Of a stretch of DNA of 59,542 nt, positions 1-12,551 are shown piece by piece. The stretch's first letter is position 1, and each line of letters opens with the position of its first letter. Position numbers and translations under genes: made by a program. The DNA is from Actinomycetaceae bacterium (GTDB taxonomy: Bacteria > Actinomycetota > Actinomycetes > Actinomycetales > Actinomycetaceae), in NCBI GenBank assembly GCA_015062745.1, contig SUUB01000003.1, positions 52,245 through 111,786 on the forward strand, given 5' to 3'. The notes beneath the pieces are model-generated. The model was not told where the DNA came from and did no database searches. It saw only the letters and a program-made list of their open reading frames with translations.

Positions 1-7
1 AGCAAAG

Positions 8-1142
8 GTGCCAACACTCGAGGAAATGCTCGTCTGGAGGAGTGGACCGGTGGCGGCGGCCTCCAGCACATTACGGCATGTTGCAAGGACATACGCAGAG
101 GCTGCTGAAGGGCTACATGCTTTCGTGAACGGCGAGGATTTCACCGGATACGCAGCGAAGGCCGAGGAGCGTAGTCGGCGTGCGCTAGCGGATGATCTCA
201 TGGACATGAGCTGTGCGTTAGATAACGCGGGCTGGGATTTGCATGCGATCGCCGAGGCTATTGAGGAACTGCGACCCGGTGTATGCGAAGCGAGCTCGGC
301 AGGAACTGCATCGTTTAGAGCGCAAGCGTGAAGAGTTGGAGCAGTTGCGCGAAACATTCAAGAATGACAGTGGCCGGCACACGCTTGTACTACTTGACGC
401 TACATCCGGTGATCATCTACAGGCTGCGGTTGCCATTGGCGAGGTGGACGAGGCGGATCATATTGTTGTGCATACCCCGGGTATGACCTCGCTGGTCAAT
501 GATAGCTTGGTACGGGAGGGAGGTAGCTGGGGAAAGGATGTCGATGCCATGCAGCATGTGCTTGATGAGGCGGACAGACAACTCATCGATCAAAACCGCA
601 TTGACGAGGACGTGGCCGCCGTTGTGTGGCTCGGCTACGATGCGCCGCAGTGGGGCGAGGCAGTTTTTACGGATCATTCCGTCGCCTTGTCGGACCAGGC
701 GGAGGCTGGTGGCGAGCGCTTGGCCGGTTTCCTCGACTCGCTACAGAGTACTCACAATGGGGATCCCCATCTGGTGGCCTCGGGGCATTCCTATGGCTCA
801 AGCGTTACCGGCTATGCCTTGCAAGAGACCGCGGCACCGCACGAGTTCAATGCGCTCGGTTCACCGGGCGTTTCCGCCAATCATGTCGGGCCGCTCCACA
901 TCATTCCCGGCAAGTTCAATGTCGCCTCCGCCCCCGGCGATGGAGTTGCAGCAATAGCACGTTTTGGCGGGCAGCCTCCGGTAAACGAAGGTCACCGTAT
1001 CGGTACAGGCGGATGGACGAGTCCCGAGGGCATCGACTACTCGCCGTCCTACGGACACTCCCAGTATTTCGACGCCGGCCACACCTCGACTTATGACCAG
1101 GGAAGCATCCTTATTGGTAACGGCGTCGCCTCCGGGGGTTAG
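8..1142 (+). pseudogene. Probable T7SS effector (WXG100-like N-terminus + DUF1023-type alpha/beta hydrolase/lipase), split by a frameshift near 270
   Basis: ORF 8..331 is helical with an F-T-G (WxG-like) turn. ORF 243..1142, in a different frame and without a clear RBS, carries AAVAIG..D.ADH....TPGM, AVVWLGYDAP, GHSYG (nucleophile), PGDGV and GHSQYF. Confidence 0.65.
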
Positions 1143-1146
1143 AGAA

Positions 1147-1791
1147 ATGATGCGGCGCAGCAGATGCCTAGTTGGTTTACTCTTGATGTTAGGAGTCCTT
1201 ATGACGGCGTGTGATACCTCGGATCAGTATTTTGGTACGGGCGGGCCGGATTTGCCGACACGCGATGTGCCCTACGCGGATGCGCGCCGGGAGACGATTC
1301 TATTGTTGTTGCAGCTGCAGCAGGTACTCAGTGATGAGTTCGATGTCGGCGCATGGGAAGCACCACCTCTCGGAGGAGTCAACCAAGTGAGCGAATCGAC
1401 CGCTAACTGTGTGCCGGGGGCTGTGAACGAGTTGTGGATGCTCGGTTCGGCGGGCCCACTCTCGGAGGAGACATGGCCGGCTGCGGTGGCGCGTTTCGAA
1501 GAGATCCTCACTCCCCTCGGCTTTGGTGCACCGGTGGACGGCACGGTAGTCAGCGACAATCCGATCGCCATCTTTTTCAATGAGACAACCGGCGCCGAGG
1601 TTGAGTTGCGCTACAACAAAGCGAGCGTGGTCCGAGCCAACACGGGTTGCGTGCTAGGAAAGGCCTCGCAGGATTGGCCCGACGGTACTGAAGTAGTGCC
1701 GGAATATCTGCGCACCACTGGGCGGGCACTACACCATGGTGAGGAAGAGACCTGGGCGCCCTACAATCCGAGTCCGCGGGAGGATAACTGA
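1147..1791 (+). CDS. Lipoprotein, LppA-like; probable immunity protein
   Basis: ATG at 1147, basic N-terminus, hydrophobic stretch and lipobox LMTAC; additional Cys pair; starts 4 nt after the hydrolase stop. Confidence 0.7.
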   Translation: MMRRSRCLVGLLLMLGVLMTACDTSDQYFGTGGPDLPTRDVPYADARRETILLLLQLQQVLSDEFDVGAWEAPPLGGVNQVSESTANCVPGAVNELWMLGSAGPLSEETWPAAVARFEEILTPLGFGAPVDGTVVSDNPIAIFFNETTGAEVELRYNKASVVRANTGCVLGKASQDWPDGTEVVPEYLRTTGRALHHGEEETWAPYNPSPREDN

Positions 1792-2090
1792 TGGAAGTGT
1801 TGACGGTCGATCCGAGTAGTTTACGTTCCCGCGCGGCAGAGATCCGTGAGTATTACGAGCGCGTGGGCAGAAGTGGTGGAGTTAGCGAGGTGGAGCGTTC
1901 CTCGGATTCCTTTCCCAGCGAGTCATTGTCTGGTCGGGCGAGCGCGGCTGCTGATGCGCTGGTGGAAGCGCGTAACACCTGTGCACAGCGTTTAGAGGCG
2001 CTCAGCATGGCGCTTAGTGGCGCCGCGAACGATTTCGAACAGACGGACGAGTCTGCGGCGGCGTCCTCAACCTCGCTGACCATTTGCTGA
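1791..2090 (+). CDS. Small WXG100/EspC-like type VII secretion target
   Basis: 99 aa helical protein with VDPSSLR..A at the N-terminus and a C-terminal FEQTD (YxxxD/E-like) signal; TGATG overlap with the upstream gene. Confidence 0.7.
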   Translation: MEVLTVDPSSLRSRAAEIREYYERVGRSGGVSEVERSSDSFPSESLSGRASAAADALVEARNTCAQRLEALSMALSGAANDFEQTDESAAASSTSLTIC

Positions 2091-2419
2091 CGCGAATGGC
2101 GGGGTGTTGGGGATGCCATGCGATACGGGAGGGGATCGTCACCGGGGAGTTCTGATGCGCAACGTTGTGCACATCTTTGCGGGGATTCCTTATGATTCCA
2201 CTTCTCACCACCATGCTATCGGCGGTATGAGACACTCCGCACCAGTGTTTCAGTACGGGCGGGCCGGATTCGCTGGGCCGCTGCCATCGCTTTTGCACGA
2301 CCGGCCTGGTTCGAAGTAGCGCGTGTCATACGGCCATGGCGAGGCACCGGCGGGATCTTCGCGGTATCCTGTGATGTGGTCGCGCCCGCTGGGCGCATTA
2401 CAGCGAGGAGGAAAGTCGC

Positions 2420-2983
2420 GTGGCGACCACGAATGACCTGAAGAACGGCATGGTGCTCAACATTGACGGACAGCTGTGGAGCGTCGTCGAGTTCCAGCAT
2501 GTCAAGCCGGGTAAGGGCCCGGCTTTCGTACGTACTAAGCTGAAGAACGTCCTGTCCGGGAAGACCGTTGACCGCACTCTCAACGCGGGGGTCAAGGTCG
2601 AAACCGCCACCGTTGACCGCCGCGACATGCAGTATCTGTACAACGACGGCACGGACTTCATCTTCATGGACCTGGAAACCTACGAGCAGATTCCGGTATC
2701 CCCAGAGATCGTCGGCGATGCCGCACATTTCCTTCTGGAGAACCAGCAGGCGATCGTCGCATCTCACGAAGGACAGACGCTTTTCGTCGAGCTTCCAGCA
2801 TCCGTAGTGCTAGAAATCACCTACACCGAGCCTGGCTTGCAGGGAGACCGCTCGTCGGCCGGAACAAAGCCCGCCACGGTTGAGACAGGCTACGAAATCC
2901 AGGTTCCCCTCTTCCTCAATCAGGGTGACAAGGTGAAGGTCGATACGCGCAGCGGCGATTACATCTCTCGCGTGACGGACTGA
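2420..2983 (+). CDS. efp: Elongation factor P
   Basis: [17 protein letters not shown]; strong RBS GAGGAGG. Confidence 0.98.
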   Translation: MATTNDLKNGMVLNIDGQLWSVVEFQHVKPGKGPAFVRTKLKNVLSGKTVDRTLNAGVKVETATVDRRDMQYLYNDGTDFIFMDLETYEQIPVSPEIVGDAAHFLLENQQAIVASHEGQTLFVELPASVVLEITYTEPGLQGDRSSAGTKPATVETGYEIQVPLFLNQGDKVKVDTRSGDYISRVTD

Positions 2984-3588
2984 TGGCAAAACGGCGGCGG
3001 ACCGCACGCACCACCCAGCGTCATCGTGCCCTCGATGTCATATTCGAGGCTGACGAGAAGGACCTGCTAGAAGAGGAACAACTCCTTCATCTCCTGGACG
3101 AACGCAAGAGCGTTTCCACTGCGCAGACGCCAATCGGCGATTTCGGCGCACAGATTGTGGAGGCTTACGCCAGCCACGCTGACAACATCGATACCATGAT
3201 CGAAGCGGCCAGCGAGGACTGGGCAATGGCACGTATGAACGTCGTCGATCGTACGATTCTGCGTGCCGGAAGCGCGGAGCTGATGTTCATGGGTACCCCA
3301 CGCGCCCTCGTCGTCACCGAATGGTCTGCTCTCGCGCGCGAGCTCTCAACGGACCGCTCCGTCGGCTTCGTCATGGGCGTGCTCAACCGGGTCGCGGATA
3401 TTCGGGCACGAGAACTCGGGCAGGACGATGCCGGAGCGGGCGAGGCGGCTACTCTTGATTCGACGAGCGGCAGGCGGGATGACTCTGCGGAAGGTGCAGT
3501 AGCGGACGCGGATGCGTCCGAAGGCATTGGCCGCTCCGCTGCCGAGTCTGCTGAGGCCGCAGAGGGCCTTGGCAAGAATATGGACTAG
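2983..3588 (+). CDS. nusB: Transcription antitermination factor NusB, with acidic low-complexity tail
   Basis: W...RMNVVDRTILR, FVMGVL; follows efp. Confidence 0.92.
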   Translation: MAKRRRTARTTQRHRALDVIFEADEKDLLEEEQLLHLLDERKSVSTAQTPIGDFGAQIVEAYASHADNIDTMIEAASEDWAMARMNVVDRTILRAGSAELMFMGTPRALVVTEWSALARELSTDRSVGFVMGVLNRVADIRARELGQDDAGAGEAATLDSTSGRRDDSAEGAVADADASEGIGRSAAESAEAAEGLGKNMD

Positions 3589-3651
3589 CGGGCGTCAGCG
3601 CCCGCCATAACTGAATACTAGAACCGGGGCCCGTCTACCGGCTGGCCCATG

Positions 3652-3686
3652 TCCTTTAATCACCGTCCCGTGAGGCGGGGAAGGAG
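3652..3686 (+). promoter_or_regulatory. PyrR-binding RNA site overlapping the pyrR Shine-Dalgarno
   Basis: TCCTTTAATCACCGTCCCGTGAGGCGGGGAAGGAG resembles the actinobacterial PyrR site (CCTTTAA..GTCCNGNGAGG..AAGGAG); TCCTT can pair with AAGGA. Confidence 0.85.
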
Positions 3687-3692
3687 AACTCA

Positions 3693-4238
3693 ATGGTTCC
3701 GGCACGCACCCACGCGGTGCTCGACGCTGACGATATTTCGCGATCGCTGCGGCGTATAGCCCATGAAATTCTGGAGCGTAACCGCGGCGTCGATAATGTG
3801 GTCCTCTTGGGCATTTTGACCCGAGGAGTGCCCCTAGCCAGACGTTTGCACGACATTCTGGCTGATACCGCCGCGCAAGCCGATGTTCCCGTCGGTGCAC
3901 TGGATATCACCATGTACCGCGACGATCTGGCCGCACAGCCCACGCGCGCACCTCATCCCACTCGCATTCCCGCCAGCGGCATAGACGATAAAACCGTGGT
4001 TCTCGTCGACGACGTGCTGTATTCGGGCCGCACAATCCGCGCGGCACTCGAGGCACTTTCCGATCTGGGACGGCCACGGGCAGTCCAGCTGGCGGTTCTG
4101 GTTGATCGCGGTCATCGTGAGCTGCCGATCCGCGCCGACTACGTGGGCAAGAACTTGCCAACCTCCCACAATGAGCGCGTGCGCGTTTCACTGGTGGAGA
4201 TCGACGGCAACGACGGCGTTCGGATTGAGGAGAACTGA
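3693..4238 (+). CDS. pyrR: Pyrimidine operon regulator / uracil phosphoribosyltransferase
   Basis: [48 protein letters not shown]. Confidence 0.98.
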   Translation: MVPARTHAVLDADDISRSLRRIAHEILERNRGVDNVVLLGILTRGVPLARRLHDILADTAAQADVPVGALDITMYRDDLAAQPTRAPHPTRIPASGIDDKTVVLVDDVLYSGRTIRAALEALSDLGRPRAVQLAVLVDRGHRELPIRADYVGKNLPTSHNERVRVSLVEIDGNDGVRIEEN

Positions 4239-4239
4239 C

Positions 4240-5214
4240 ATGCGGCATTTGCTCTCAACGCGTGGTCTTTCGCGCGACGACGTACTCCTGCTTCTCGACA
4301 CTGCGGAGGCGATGGCGGCAACTCAGGCTCGGACCATCAAGAAACTACCGGTGCTACGGGGACGAACGGTAGCCACCCTCTTCTTCGAGGACTCAACACG
4401 CACACGGCTCTCCTTCGAGACAGCCGCGAAGCGCCTCTCAATGGATGTCATCTCCTTCTCGGCACGCGGATCCTCACTATCAAAAGGGGAATCCCTCAAG
4501 GACACTGCCCAGACCATTGTCGCCATGGGAGCGGAGGCGCTTATTGTGAGGCACTCGGCCTCCGGTGCCCCGCAGCGTCTTGCCGATACCAACTGGGTGG
4601 ATGTACCGATTCTCAATGCGGGAGACGGAACACACCAGCATCCCACGCAGGCGCTTCTCGATGCTTTTACGCTGCGCCGCCATCTGCATCGGCACGGTGA
4701 TCTGCCCGCGCCGGAGGCCTCCGGGCTCGACGGCGCGCATGTGGTTATCGTCGGGGATATCCTGCACTCTCGAGTGGCCCGCTCCAGTGTCGAGCTCATG
4801 ACCACCCTCGGTGCCCGGGTCACGCTCGTCGCTCCACCCACCCTGCTACCCGTCGGGATGGACGACTGGACCTGCGATGTGGTGTTCAACCTGGATGAGG
4901 CGATTGCCGCGGGGCCCGACGCCGTCATGATGCTTCGCGTCCAGCGCGAACGAATGAGTCACGCCGGCGGGGGATTCTTTCCCTCGCCTTTCGAGTATCA
5001 CCGAACCTTCGGCCTGAACTCGCAGCGACTGGCCGCTTTGGGCCCCGACGCCGTCGTCATGCACCCGGGGCCTATGAACCGGGGGCTGGAAATTACGGCA
5101 GAGGCCGCAGATTCCGCCCAGTCGGTTGTCACCGAGCAGGTGGCCAACGGAATCTCCGTGCGCATGGCCGCCCTCTACCTTCTTCTGGCGCACGGTGAGG
5201 AGATTGCAGCATGA
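4240..5214 (+). CDS. pyrB: Aspartate carbamoyltransferase
   Basis: [29 protein letters not shown]; ATG 4240 after GAGGAG. Confidence 0.97.
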   Translation: MRHLLSTRGLSRDDVLLLLDTAEAMAATQARTIKKLPVLRGRTVATLFFEDSTRTRLSFETAAKRLSMDVISFSARGSSLSKGESLKDTAQTIVAMGAEALIVRHSASGAPQRLADTNWVDVPILNAGDGTHQHPTQALLDAFTLRRHLHRHGDLPAPEASGLDGAHVVIVGDILHSRVARSSVELMTTLGARVTLVAPPTLLPVGMDDWTCDVVFNLDEAIAAGPDAVMMLRVQRERMSHAGGGFFPSPFEYHRTFGLNSQRLAALGPDAVVMHPGPMNRGLEITAEAADSAQSVVTEQVANGISVRMAALYLLLAHGEEIAA

Positions 5215-6536
5215 GCCGGTACTTTATCCGAGGCGCCCGCCTCCTCGGCGAGGAAGTGGTCGACATCCTCACGCACGATGACACGATTGAAGCTGTTGGG
5301 GTAGATCTGGCGGTACCGGCAGATGCGACTATTGTCGATGCCACCGGTCTCATCGCTCTTCCCGGCTTAGTGGACCCGCATACGCATTTGCGTGAGCCCG
5401 GCCGCGAAGACTCCGAAACCGTGCTCACCGGTTCACGGGCCGCCGCCGCAGGCGGCTACACCTGTGTCAACGCAATGGCTAACACGACGCCCGTGCAGGA
5501 TACCGCCGGCGTCGTCGAACAGGTTCTACGCCTAGGGCGCGAGGCGGGCTACGTTGACGTTCGGCCGGTCGGCGCGGTGTCAGCCGGGCTGGCCGGTGAA
5601 CATCTCGCTGAACTCGGTGCCATGGCGGAGTCCGCGGCGGCCGTACGCTATTTCTCCGACGACGGCGCCTGCGTGGCCGATCCCGTTTTGATGCGACGTG
5701 CCCTCGAGTACGCGAAGTCTTTCGGTGGTGTTATTGCACAGCACGCCCAGGATCCGCGGCTGACCGAAGGCGCACAAATGCACGAGGGAGAGATCTCCGC
5801 GCAACTCGGTCTGGCCGGTTGGCCGGCCGTCGCCGAGGAATCCATTGTGGCGCGCGATTGCCTCCTCGCACAGCATGTGGGTAGCCGCGTACACATTCTC
5901 CACCTGTCTACTAGGGGATCGGTTGACCTCGTCCGCTGGGCCAAATCGGAGGGCATGCCCGTAACTGCGGAGGCCACGCCACATCATCTGGCGCTTGACC
6001 ACAGCGAAGCGTGCTCCTACGACCCTCGCTTTAAGGTGAATCCGCCGCTTCGCACTCCTAGCGATATCGATGCACTGCGACAGGGAGTTGTCGATGGCAC
6101 GATCGATGTGATCGGTACGGACCATGCCCCGCATCCCGCCGAGGATAAGGATTGCGAGTGGAGCGCTGGCGCACACGGCATGATCGGATTGGAGACCGCA
6201 CTGTCCGTCGTCCAGCAGTCGCTCGTGGACACGGGACTGATCACATGGGCGGACGTGGCCCGTGTCATGAGCTACCGTCCGGCGCAACTATGCCAGAATC
6301 CGGCGCAGGGCAGGCCGATTGCGGCCGACGAGCCGGCGAACTTCTGCCTGCACGATCCGCGGGCAACTCGCGTGATTCGCGCCGCCGCACAGCATTCAAA
6401 ATCGGCGAACACTCCTTGGGAAGGCCGTGAGCTGCCCGGGCGGATCATGTATACCTTCTATCGGGGCGTCCCAACCGTATGGGATGGCCAACTACGTGGC
6501 CGCGAGGAAATCGCAGCGGAAAGGGAGACCTGGTGA
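5211..6536 (+). CDS. pyrC: Dihydroorotase
   Basis: [23 protein letters not shown]. Confidence 0.97.
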   Translation: MSRYFIRGARLLGEEVVDILTHDDTIEAVGVDLAVPADATIVDATGLIALPGLVDPHTHLREPGREDSETVLTGSRAAAAGGYTCVNAMANTTPVQDTAGVVEQVLRLGREAGYVDVRPVGAVSAGLAGEHLAELGAMAESAAAVRYFSDDGACVADPVLMRRALEYAKSFGGVIAQHAQDPRLTEGAQMHEGEISAQLGLAGWPAVAEESIVARDCLLAQHVGSRVHILHLSTRGSVDLVRWAKSEGMPVTAEATPHHLALDHSEACSYDPRFKVNPPLRTPSDIDALRQGVVDGTIDVIGTDHAPHPAEDKDCEWSAGAHGMIGLETALSVVQQSLVDTGLITWADVARVMSYRPAQLCQNPAQGRPIAADEPANFCLHDPRATRVIRAAAQHSKSANTPWEGRELPGRIMYTFYRGVPTVWDGQLRGREEIAAERETW

Positions 6537-7759
6537 TCACACAGCGCGAGCCGGCCGTCGTCGTCCTGGAGGACGGAAGCACATACGTGGGTCACGCCTA
6601 TGCTGCACGTGGACGGACACTGGGAGAAATCGTGTTCTCCACCGGTATGACCGGATACCAGGAGACATTCACCGACCCTTCCTACCACCGGCAAATCATC
6701 GTTATGACCGCGCCGCACATCGGCAACACGGGCATTAACGCCGAAGATCCGGAATCCGCCCGTTTCTGGGCCGCCGGCGTCGTATTGCGCGATCCGGCCC
6801 GGCGCGCCTCAAACTGGCGTTCCACCGGAGAATTGGAGGATGCGCTTGCGGCCGCCGGAGTGGTAGGCATCGCCGACGTCGACACGCGCGCCATCACGCG
6901 CCATCTACGTGAAAAGGGCGTAATGCGCGCCGGAATCTTCTCCGGGGCGGCGTTACCGGATGGCACCGTGGAGAGGAAGAAAGCAGCCCTCGAGGTGTTG
7001 ACCGGCATTGTTCGGCAGAGTCCCGAAATGACCGGTGCGGACTTGGCCGGCGAAGTCACCACCCCCGACGCTTACATTGTGGAGCCGGAGGGGGAGGAGC
7101 GGGCAACGGTTGTGGCCGTGGATATGGGCATCAAAGCCCGTACCCCCGCGCAACTCGCCGCGCGCGGTGCGCGCGTGATCGTCGTTCCCATGACGGTGAG
7201 TCTCGCGCAGATCGAGGCGTACCGGCCCGACGGCGTGTTCTTCTCCAACGGCCCCGGGGATCCGCAAGCCGCCGACCAACAGGTTGCACTACTTCGAGAG
7301 GTGCTCGACGCCGGCTACCCCTTCTTCGGGATCTGCTTCGGAAATCAGTTGCTGGGCCGGGCACTCGGCTACGGCACCTACAAACTCGAGTACGGGCACC
7401 GCGGAGTCAATCAGCCGGTATTGGACCGTTCTACCGGCCGGGTGGAAATCACGGCACACAACCACGGGTTCGCCGTTGATGCACCGGTGGAGGGGCCATC
7501 GCTCTCGCCCTTCGCCGGAGGCAAGTACGGGCGGGTCGAAGTCTCGCATATCGGCCTGAATGATCAGGTGGTTGAAGGCCTACGCTGCCTTGATATTCCT
7601 GCGTTCTCGGTGCAGTACCATCCGGAAGCCGCCGCCGGACCGCATGATGCGTCTTACCTATTCGACGCCTTCCTCGACCTGATGGTCGCACAACGCGGCA
7701 AGGCGGAGAATCCCGGGGAACACGAAGCAAAGACAGCATATGACAAGGAGAACAACTGA
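6533..7759 (+). CDS. carA: Carbamoyl-phosphate synthase small subunit
   Basis: [34 protein letters not shown]; GTGA overlap with pyrC. Confidence 0.97.
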   Translation: MITQREPAVVVLEDGSTYVGHAYAARGRTLGEIVFSTGMTGYQETFTDPSYHRQIIVMTAPHIGNTGINAEDPESARFWAAGVVLRDPARRASNWRSTGELEDALAAAGVVGIADVDTRAITRHLREKGVMRAGIFSGAALPDGTVERKKAALEVLTGIVRQSPEMTGADLAGEVTTPDAYIVEPEGEERATVVAVDMGIKARTPAQLAARGARVIVVPMTVSLAQIEAYRPDGVFFSNGPGDPQAADQQVALLREVLDAGYPFFGICFGNQLLGRALGYGTYKLEYGHRGVNQPVLDRSTGRVEITAHNHGFAVDAPVEGPSLSPFAGGKYGRVEVSHIGLNDQVVEGLRCLDIPAFSVQYHPEAAAGPHDASYLFDAFLDLMVAQRGKAENPGEHEAKTAYDKENN

Positions 7760-10700
7760 TGCCGCGGCGCCGTGATATCGCCTCCGTTCTCGTGATTGGC
7801 TCCGGTCCGATTGTGATCGGTCAGGCCTGCGAGTTCGACTATTCCGGAACGCAGGCCTGCCGTGTGCTGAAGGAGGAGGGGCTGCGTGTCATCCTTGTCA
7901 ACTCCAATCCGGCCACGATTATGACCGATCCGGAGATGGCGGACGCGACCTATATCGAGCCCATCACCCCGGAGATCGTGGAGAAGGTGATTGCCAAAGA
8001 ACGGCCGGACGCGCTGTTGCCGACCCTGGGTGGTCAAACCGCACTCAACACCGCAATGGCACTGGTACAGCGCGGTGTACTGGACCGCTACGGGGTGGAG
8101 CTGATCGGTGCTCGTGCCGAGGCCATCACCAAGGGGGAGGACCGCGATGAATTCAAGGCGGTTGTCGAACGCTGCGGAGCGCAGTCCGCCCGCTCGGTGA
8201 TCTGTCATTCGCTGGATGAGTGCCATGATGCGGCAGCCGAACTGGGCTACCCGCTTGTTGTGCGTCCCTCCTTCACGATGGGTGGCTTGGGCTCCGGTCT
8301 CGCATACGATCAGCAGGACTTGGACCGCATAGCCGGCCAAGGGCTCCATTACTCCGCGACCACAGAGGTGCTGCTGGAGGAGTCGATTATCGGCTGGAAG
8401 GAGTACGAGCTGGAGATCATGCGCGACCAGGCGGATAACGTCGTCGTCGTGTGCTCCATTGAGAATGTTGATCCGGTGGGCGTGCATACGGGAGACTCGG
8501 TCACTGTTGCTCCGGCGCTCACGCTCACGGATCGCGAATATCAGCGCCTGCGTGACATCGGCATTGCAATCATCCGCGAAGTCGGTGTCGACACCGGTGG
8601 GTGCAACATCCAGTTCGCGGTCGAGCCGGATACGGGCCGGGTTATTGTTATCGAAATGAACCCGCGCGTATCGCGTTCCTCTGCCCTTGCCTCAAAAGCC
8701 ACGGGTTTCCCCATCGCAAAGATCGCTGCTCGGCTGGCCATCGGGTACACGCTGGATGAGATTCCCAACGATATTACCGAGTCCACGCCGGCGTCCTTTG
8801 AACCGACCCTCGATTACGTCGTGGTGAAGGTGCCGCGTTTCGCCTTCGAGAAGTTCCCGGACGCCGACCCGACGCTGACAACCACCATGAAATCGGTAGG
8901 CGAGGCGATGGCGCTTGGACGCAACTTTACCGAAGCCTTACAAAAGGCCATGCGCTCCATCGATAAAAAGGGCACCGTCTTCCACTGGGACGGCGCTCCT
9001 GCCACCGGCGACGATCTCGCGCAGCTGATTCGTGACTGCGCCACCCCAACCGAAGGCCGCTTGATCCAGGTGCAGCAGGCGCTACGGGCCGGCGCGAGCA
9101 TTGACGAGCTATATGCCGCGACCGGCATCGACCCCTGGTTCTTGGACCAGATCAGCCTTATTAACGAGGTTGCGCAGCTTGTTGCCGCTGGTGAGTCCCT
9201 GCGTCCTGCCGCACTGCGAGAGGCTAAGAGGCACGGCTTCTCCGATGCGCAAATCGGCCGGATTCGTGGTATCTCCGAAGAAGCGGTCCGGCAGATTCGT
9301 TGGGCGTACGGCCTGCATCCGGTGTATAAGACGGTGGATACCTGCGCGGCTGAGTTCGCCGCGCGCACGCCGTACCATTACTCCAGCTACGACGAGGAAA
9401 CGGAGGTCAGCCCGCGGCAGCGTCCGGCAATCATCATTCTCGGTTCCGGGCCCAATCGCATTGGGCAAGGCATTGAGTTTGATTACTCCTGTGTCCATGC
9501 CACGCAGACATTGGCTTCCGAGTACGAGACCATCATGGTCAACTGTAATCCGGAGACGGTTTCTACCGATTACGATATCTCCAACCGCCTGTATTTCGAA
9601 CCGCTGACGCTTGAAGACGTCCTCGAAGTGTATCGGGCTGAATGCGCGGCCGGTCCTGTGTACGGCATGATCGTTCAGTTGGGAGGTCAGACGCCGCTCT
9701 CGCTCGCCGCCGCATTGGAAGCCGCCGGAGTCCCGATTATCGGCACGTCGCCGGGTGCCATCGACGCGGCGGAGGATCGTGCGCTTTTCGGCGGCGTACT
9801 CGCCCAGGCCGGTCTGCGTGCGCCTGACTACGGCACGGCCACGAACGACGATCAGACGCTTGAGATCGCAAGGCGTATCGGCTACCCGGTACTCGTGCGG
9901 CCGTCTTATGTTCTAGGTGGGCGTGGCATGGAAATCGTCTACTCGGAAGAACAACTGCGCAACTACCTGGACCGGCACGAGACCGCGCGGACCGATGCGT
10001 CGCGTGTCAGCGCACCGCTGCTTGTTGACCGCTTCCTCGACGCCGCCACCGAAATCGACGTCGATGCTCTGTTTGACGGCGAGGAACTGTTCCTCGGCGG
10101 CGTGATGGAGCACATCGAGGAATGCGGTATCCACTCCGGCGATTCCGCCTGTGTACTACCGGCGGTGACGCTGTCGCAACATGTCATTGACCGTATCCGT
10201 GAGGCGACCGGCGCCATCGCACGCGGAGTGGATGTGCGCGGACTGCTCAATATTCAGTTCGGGCTGATGAATGACATCCTCTACGTCATCGAGGCTAATC
10301 CGCGTGCCTCCCGCACCGTTCCCTTTGTTTCAAAGGCAACCGGGGTACCGCTTGCGCGCGCAGCAGCCTGGGTGATGGCCGGTAAATCGATCGCTGAGCT
10401 CCGGCGGCTCGGACTGCTGCCCGAACGCGATGCCAGTGTCATCGACGTCGATTCCAGCGTGGCTGTGAAAGAGGTGGTTCTTCCCTTCAAGCGTTTCACC
10501 ACTCACGACGGCCGAGTCGTCGATACGGTCCTCGGCCCGGAGATGCGCTCCACCGGCGAGGTAATGGGGTACGCCGATACTTTCCCAACCGCCTTCGCGA
10601 AGTCCCAGGAGGGAGCCTACGGTGGCTTGCCGGATTCGGGCACGGTGTTCATCTCCGTCGCCGACCACGACAAGGGTTCCATCGTCTTCCCTGTACTGCA

Positions 10701-11067
10701 AATGGTTGAGCTCGGTTTCCGGGTTGTTGCCACCACCGGGACTGCGGCTGTGTTGCGCCGCTACGGCGTGCCGGCCACCGTGGTGCGAAAACAGTCGGAG
10801 GGACGCGGCCCGGATGGCAGCCCGACGATCGTTGATCTCATTACGTCCGGCGAGATTGATATGGTGGTCAACACCCCGAATACGCCTGGTGCGCGACACG
10901 ATGGGTATTCCATCCGTGCTGCAACGACGGCGGCGGATAAGCCGATCATCACGACCGTGCAGGAGTTTGCCGCGGCCGTGCAGGGGATCGCCGCCCGCCG
11001 GAAGAGGAGTTTCGCCGTGAAATCCCTGCAAGACTACGATCAGGAACGCGAGGAGCGCCTGGTATGA
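7759..11067 (+). CDS. carB: Carbamoyl-phosphate synthase large subunit
   Basis: [17 protein letters not shown], duplicated ATP-grasp domains, C-terminal MGS domain. Confidence 0.99.
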   Translation: MPRRRDIASVLVIGSGPIVIGQACEFDYSGTQACRVLKEEGLRVILVNSNPATIMTDPEMADATYIEPITPEIVEKVIAKERPDALLPTLGGQTALNTAMALVQRGVLDRYGVELIGARAEAITKGEDRDEFKAVVERCGAQSARSVICHSLDECHDAAAELGYPLVVRPSFTMGGLGSGLAYDQQDLDRIAGQGLHYSATTEVLLEESIIGWKEYELEIMRDQADNVVVVCSIENVDPVGVHTGDSVTVAPALTLTDREYQRLRDIGIAIIREVGVDTGGCNIQFAVEPDTGRVIVIEMNPRVSRSSALASKATGFPIAKIAARLAIGYTLDEIPNDITESTPASFEPTLDYVVVKVPRFAFEKFPDADPTLTTTMKSVGEAMALGRNFTEALQKAMRSIDKKGTVFHWDGAPATGDDLAQLIRDCATPTEGRLIQVQQALRAGASIDELYAATGIDPWFLDQISLINEVAQLVAAGESLRPAALREAKRHGFSDAQIGRIRGISEEAVRQIRWAYGLHPVYKTVDTCAAEFAARTPYHYSSYDEETEVSPRQRPAIIILGSGPNRIGQGIEFDYSCVHATQTLASEYETIMVNCNPETVSTDYDISNRLYFEPLTLEDVLEVYRAECAAGPVYGMIVQLGGQTPLSLAAALEAAGVPIIGTSPGAIDAAEDRALFGGVLAQAGLRAPDYGTATNDDQTLEIARRIGYPVLVRPSYVLGGRGMEIVYSEEQLRNYLDRHETARTDASRVSAPLLVDRFLDAATEIDVDALFDGEELFLGGVMEHIEECGIHSGDSACVLPAVTLSQHVIDRIREATGAIARGVDVRGLLNIQFGLMNDILYVIEANPRASRTVPFVSKATGVPLARAAAWVMAGKSIAELRRLGLLPERDASVIDVDSSVAVKEVVLPFKRFTTHDGRVVDTVLGPEMRSTGEVMGYADTFPTAFAKSQEGAYGGLPDSGTVFISVADHDKGSIVFPVLQMVELGFRVVATTGTAAVLRRYGVPATVVRKQSEGRGPDGSPTIVDLITSGEIDMVVNTPNTPGARHDGYSIRAATTAADKPIITTVQEFAAAVQGIAARRKRSFAVKSLQDYDQEREERLV

Positions 11068-11918
11068 CCGCGGGCGTGGACACGGCGGGCTTCGGAGCGG
11101 CTCTCGGCCGGCGTATGCGCGAACGAGGTCCGTTGTGCGTGGGCATTGATCCGCATGCGAGTCTCTTGGAGCGATGGGGTTTGCCTGACACTCCGGCCGG
11201 CGTGCGCGAATTCTCTTTATGCACCATCGATGCGCTCGGCGATTATGTGGCCGCCTTCAAGCCGCAGTCGGCGTTCTACGAACGACACGGGGCACAGGGA
11301 ATCGCGGTTCTCGAGGAGGTGCTACAGACCGCTCGTGCCGCCGGCGTACCGACGATCCTCGACGTTAAACGCGGCGATATCGGCTCCACCATGGACGCCT
11401 ACGCGGACGCCTACCTAGAAGGACCGCTACGTGCCGATGCCCTCACTGTGTCTCCCTATTTGGGTCCGGCTTCATTGAAGAAGACGGCGTATCGAGCCGC
11501 ATCATGTGGGAGGGGACTCTTTGTACTCGCGCTGACTTCAAATCCCGAGGGGACCATCGTTCAGCACGCGGGCAATGGCGGTGAGTCGGTTGCCGGAACT
11601 GTCGTCACCATGGCGACCAGGTGGAATCGAGAGCTGTGCCCCGGCGGTATTGGACCGATTGGAATCGTCGTCGGCGCGACCATTGGTGACGCTGCGCGCC
11701 GGATCGGTATTGACCTCTCGGAGTTTCCCGGTCTGATTCTCGCGCCCGGCGTCGGCGCACAGGGTGCCGGTGGGCGTGAACTGCGTGAGGTCTTCGGCGC
11801 ATGCAATCCACGTGTTCTGGCATCGGCGTCACGCTCGGTGCTCGCAGCAGGACCGGATGCCACCCGCCTGCGCGAGGCGGCTACGGCCATGTTAAGGGAA
11901 ATCGCGGTCGTGGACTGA
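11064..11918 (+). CDS. pyrF: Orotidine-5'-phosphate decarboxylase
   Basis: [29 protein letters not shown]. Confidence 0.96.
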   Translation: MTAGVDTAGFGAALGRRMRERGPLCVGIDPHASLLERWGLPDTPAGVREFSLCTIDALGDYVAAFKPQSAFYERHGAQGIAVLEEVLQTARAAGVPTILDVKRGDIGSTMDAYADAYLEGPLRADALTVSPYLGPASLKKTAYRAASCGRGLFVLALTSNPEGTIVQHAGNGGESVAGTVVTMATRWNRELCPGGIGPIGIVVGATIGDAARRIGIDLSEFPGLILAPGVGAQGAGGRELREVFGACNPRVLASASRSVLAAGPDATRLREAATAMLREIAVVD

Positions 11919-12188
11919 CGGCGAGGTCGAGCGACGTCCGTTCCTTGCTGGCTACGCTATCGTAACCACCTCTTTGCAATTATGTTCACAATTGATTGCA
12001 CGTTATTTCTGACGTATCTTTCAGGTTTTTTCGTGTTTGCGACGTCGCACCGCCATGACCTGCGAAAATATTCGCGACGGCGCCAGCTTTTTTCCTACCG
12101 TGCAAAAACACCCGAAAACGGGCAAAAAGTGGGTTATAAAGGCCTTACCGCAGGTGCTTCTGCGGGGTAGGACATCAAGGAGACCGAG

Positions 12189-12500
12189 ATGGCACTTCCC
12201 AAGCTTACTGATGAGCAGCGCGCAGTTGCTCTCGAACAGGCGACTGCCGCACGCCAGCGCCGGGCCGAGGTGAAGCGTAATGTTAAAGCGGGTAAGATGA
12301 CGATTCCGGAAGTCATAGAACTCTCCGCCTCAGAGCCTGTGTTAGGCAAGATTCGGGTTTCAGCCCTCATCGCCTCGCTGCCGGGTGTTGGTACGGCGAA
12401 GGCAAAACAGGTCATGGACGAGCTGAGCATTTCCGAGTCCCGGCGCGTCGCTGGACTCGGACGTCATCAACGGGAGGCTCTTATCAAGCGGTTCAGTTGA
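12189..12500 (+). CDS. mihF: Actinobacterial integration host factor
   Basis: MALPKLT.EQR..ALE.A..AR..RAEVK, SLPGVG; conserved position between pyrF and gmk. Confidence 0.93.
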   Translation: MALPKLTDEQRAVALEQATAARQRRAEVKRNVKAGKMTIPEVIELSASEPVLGKIRVSALIASLPGVGTAKAKQVMDELSISESRRVAGLGRHQREALIKRFS

Positions 12501-12551
12501 CCGAACATACATGAATTCCGCGGCGGCCCGCTATCGTGGCACTATTGAGGC

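Noticed and set aside
2104-2319. 71-aa ORF between the T7SS-like cassette and efp
   Set aside because: No recognisable motif or convincing RBS; may be a remnant or spurious.
11960-12150. AT-rich stretch with A/T tracts upstream of mihF as a possible ncRNA
   Set aside because: No recognisable RNA structure; adequately explained as a promoter region.
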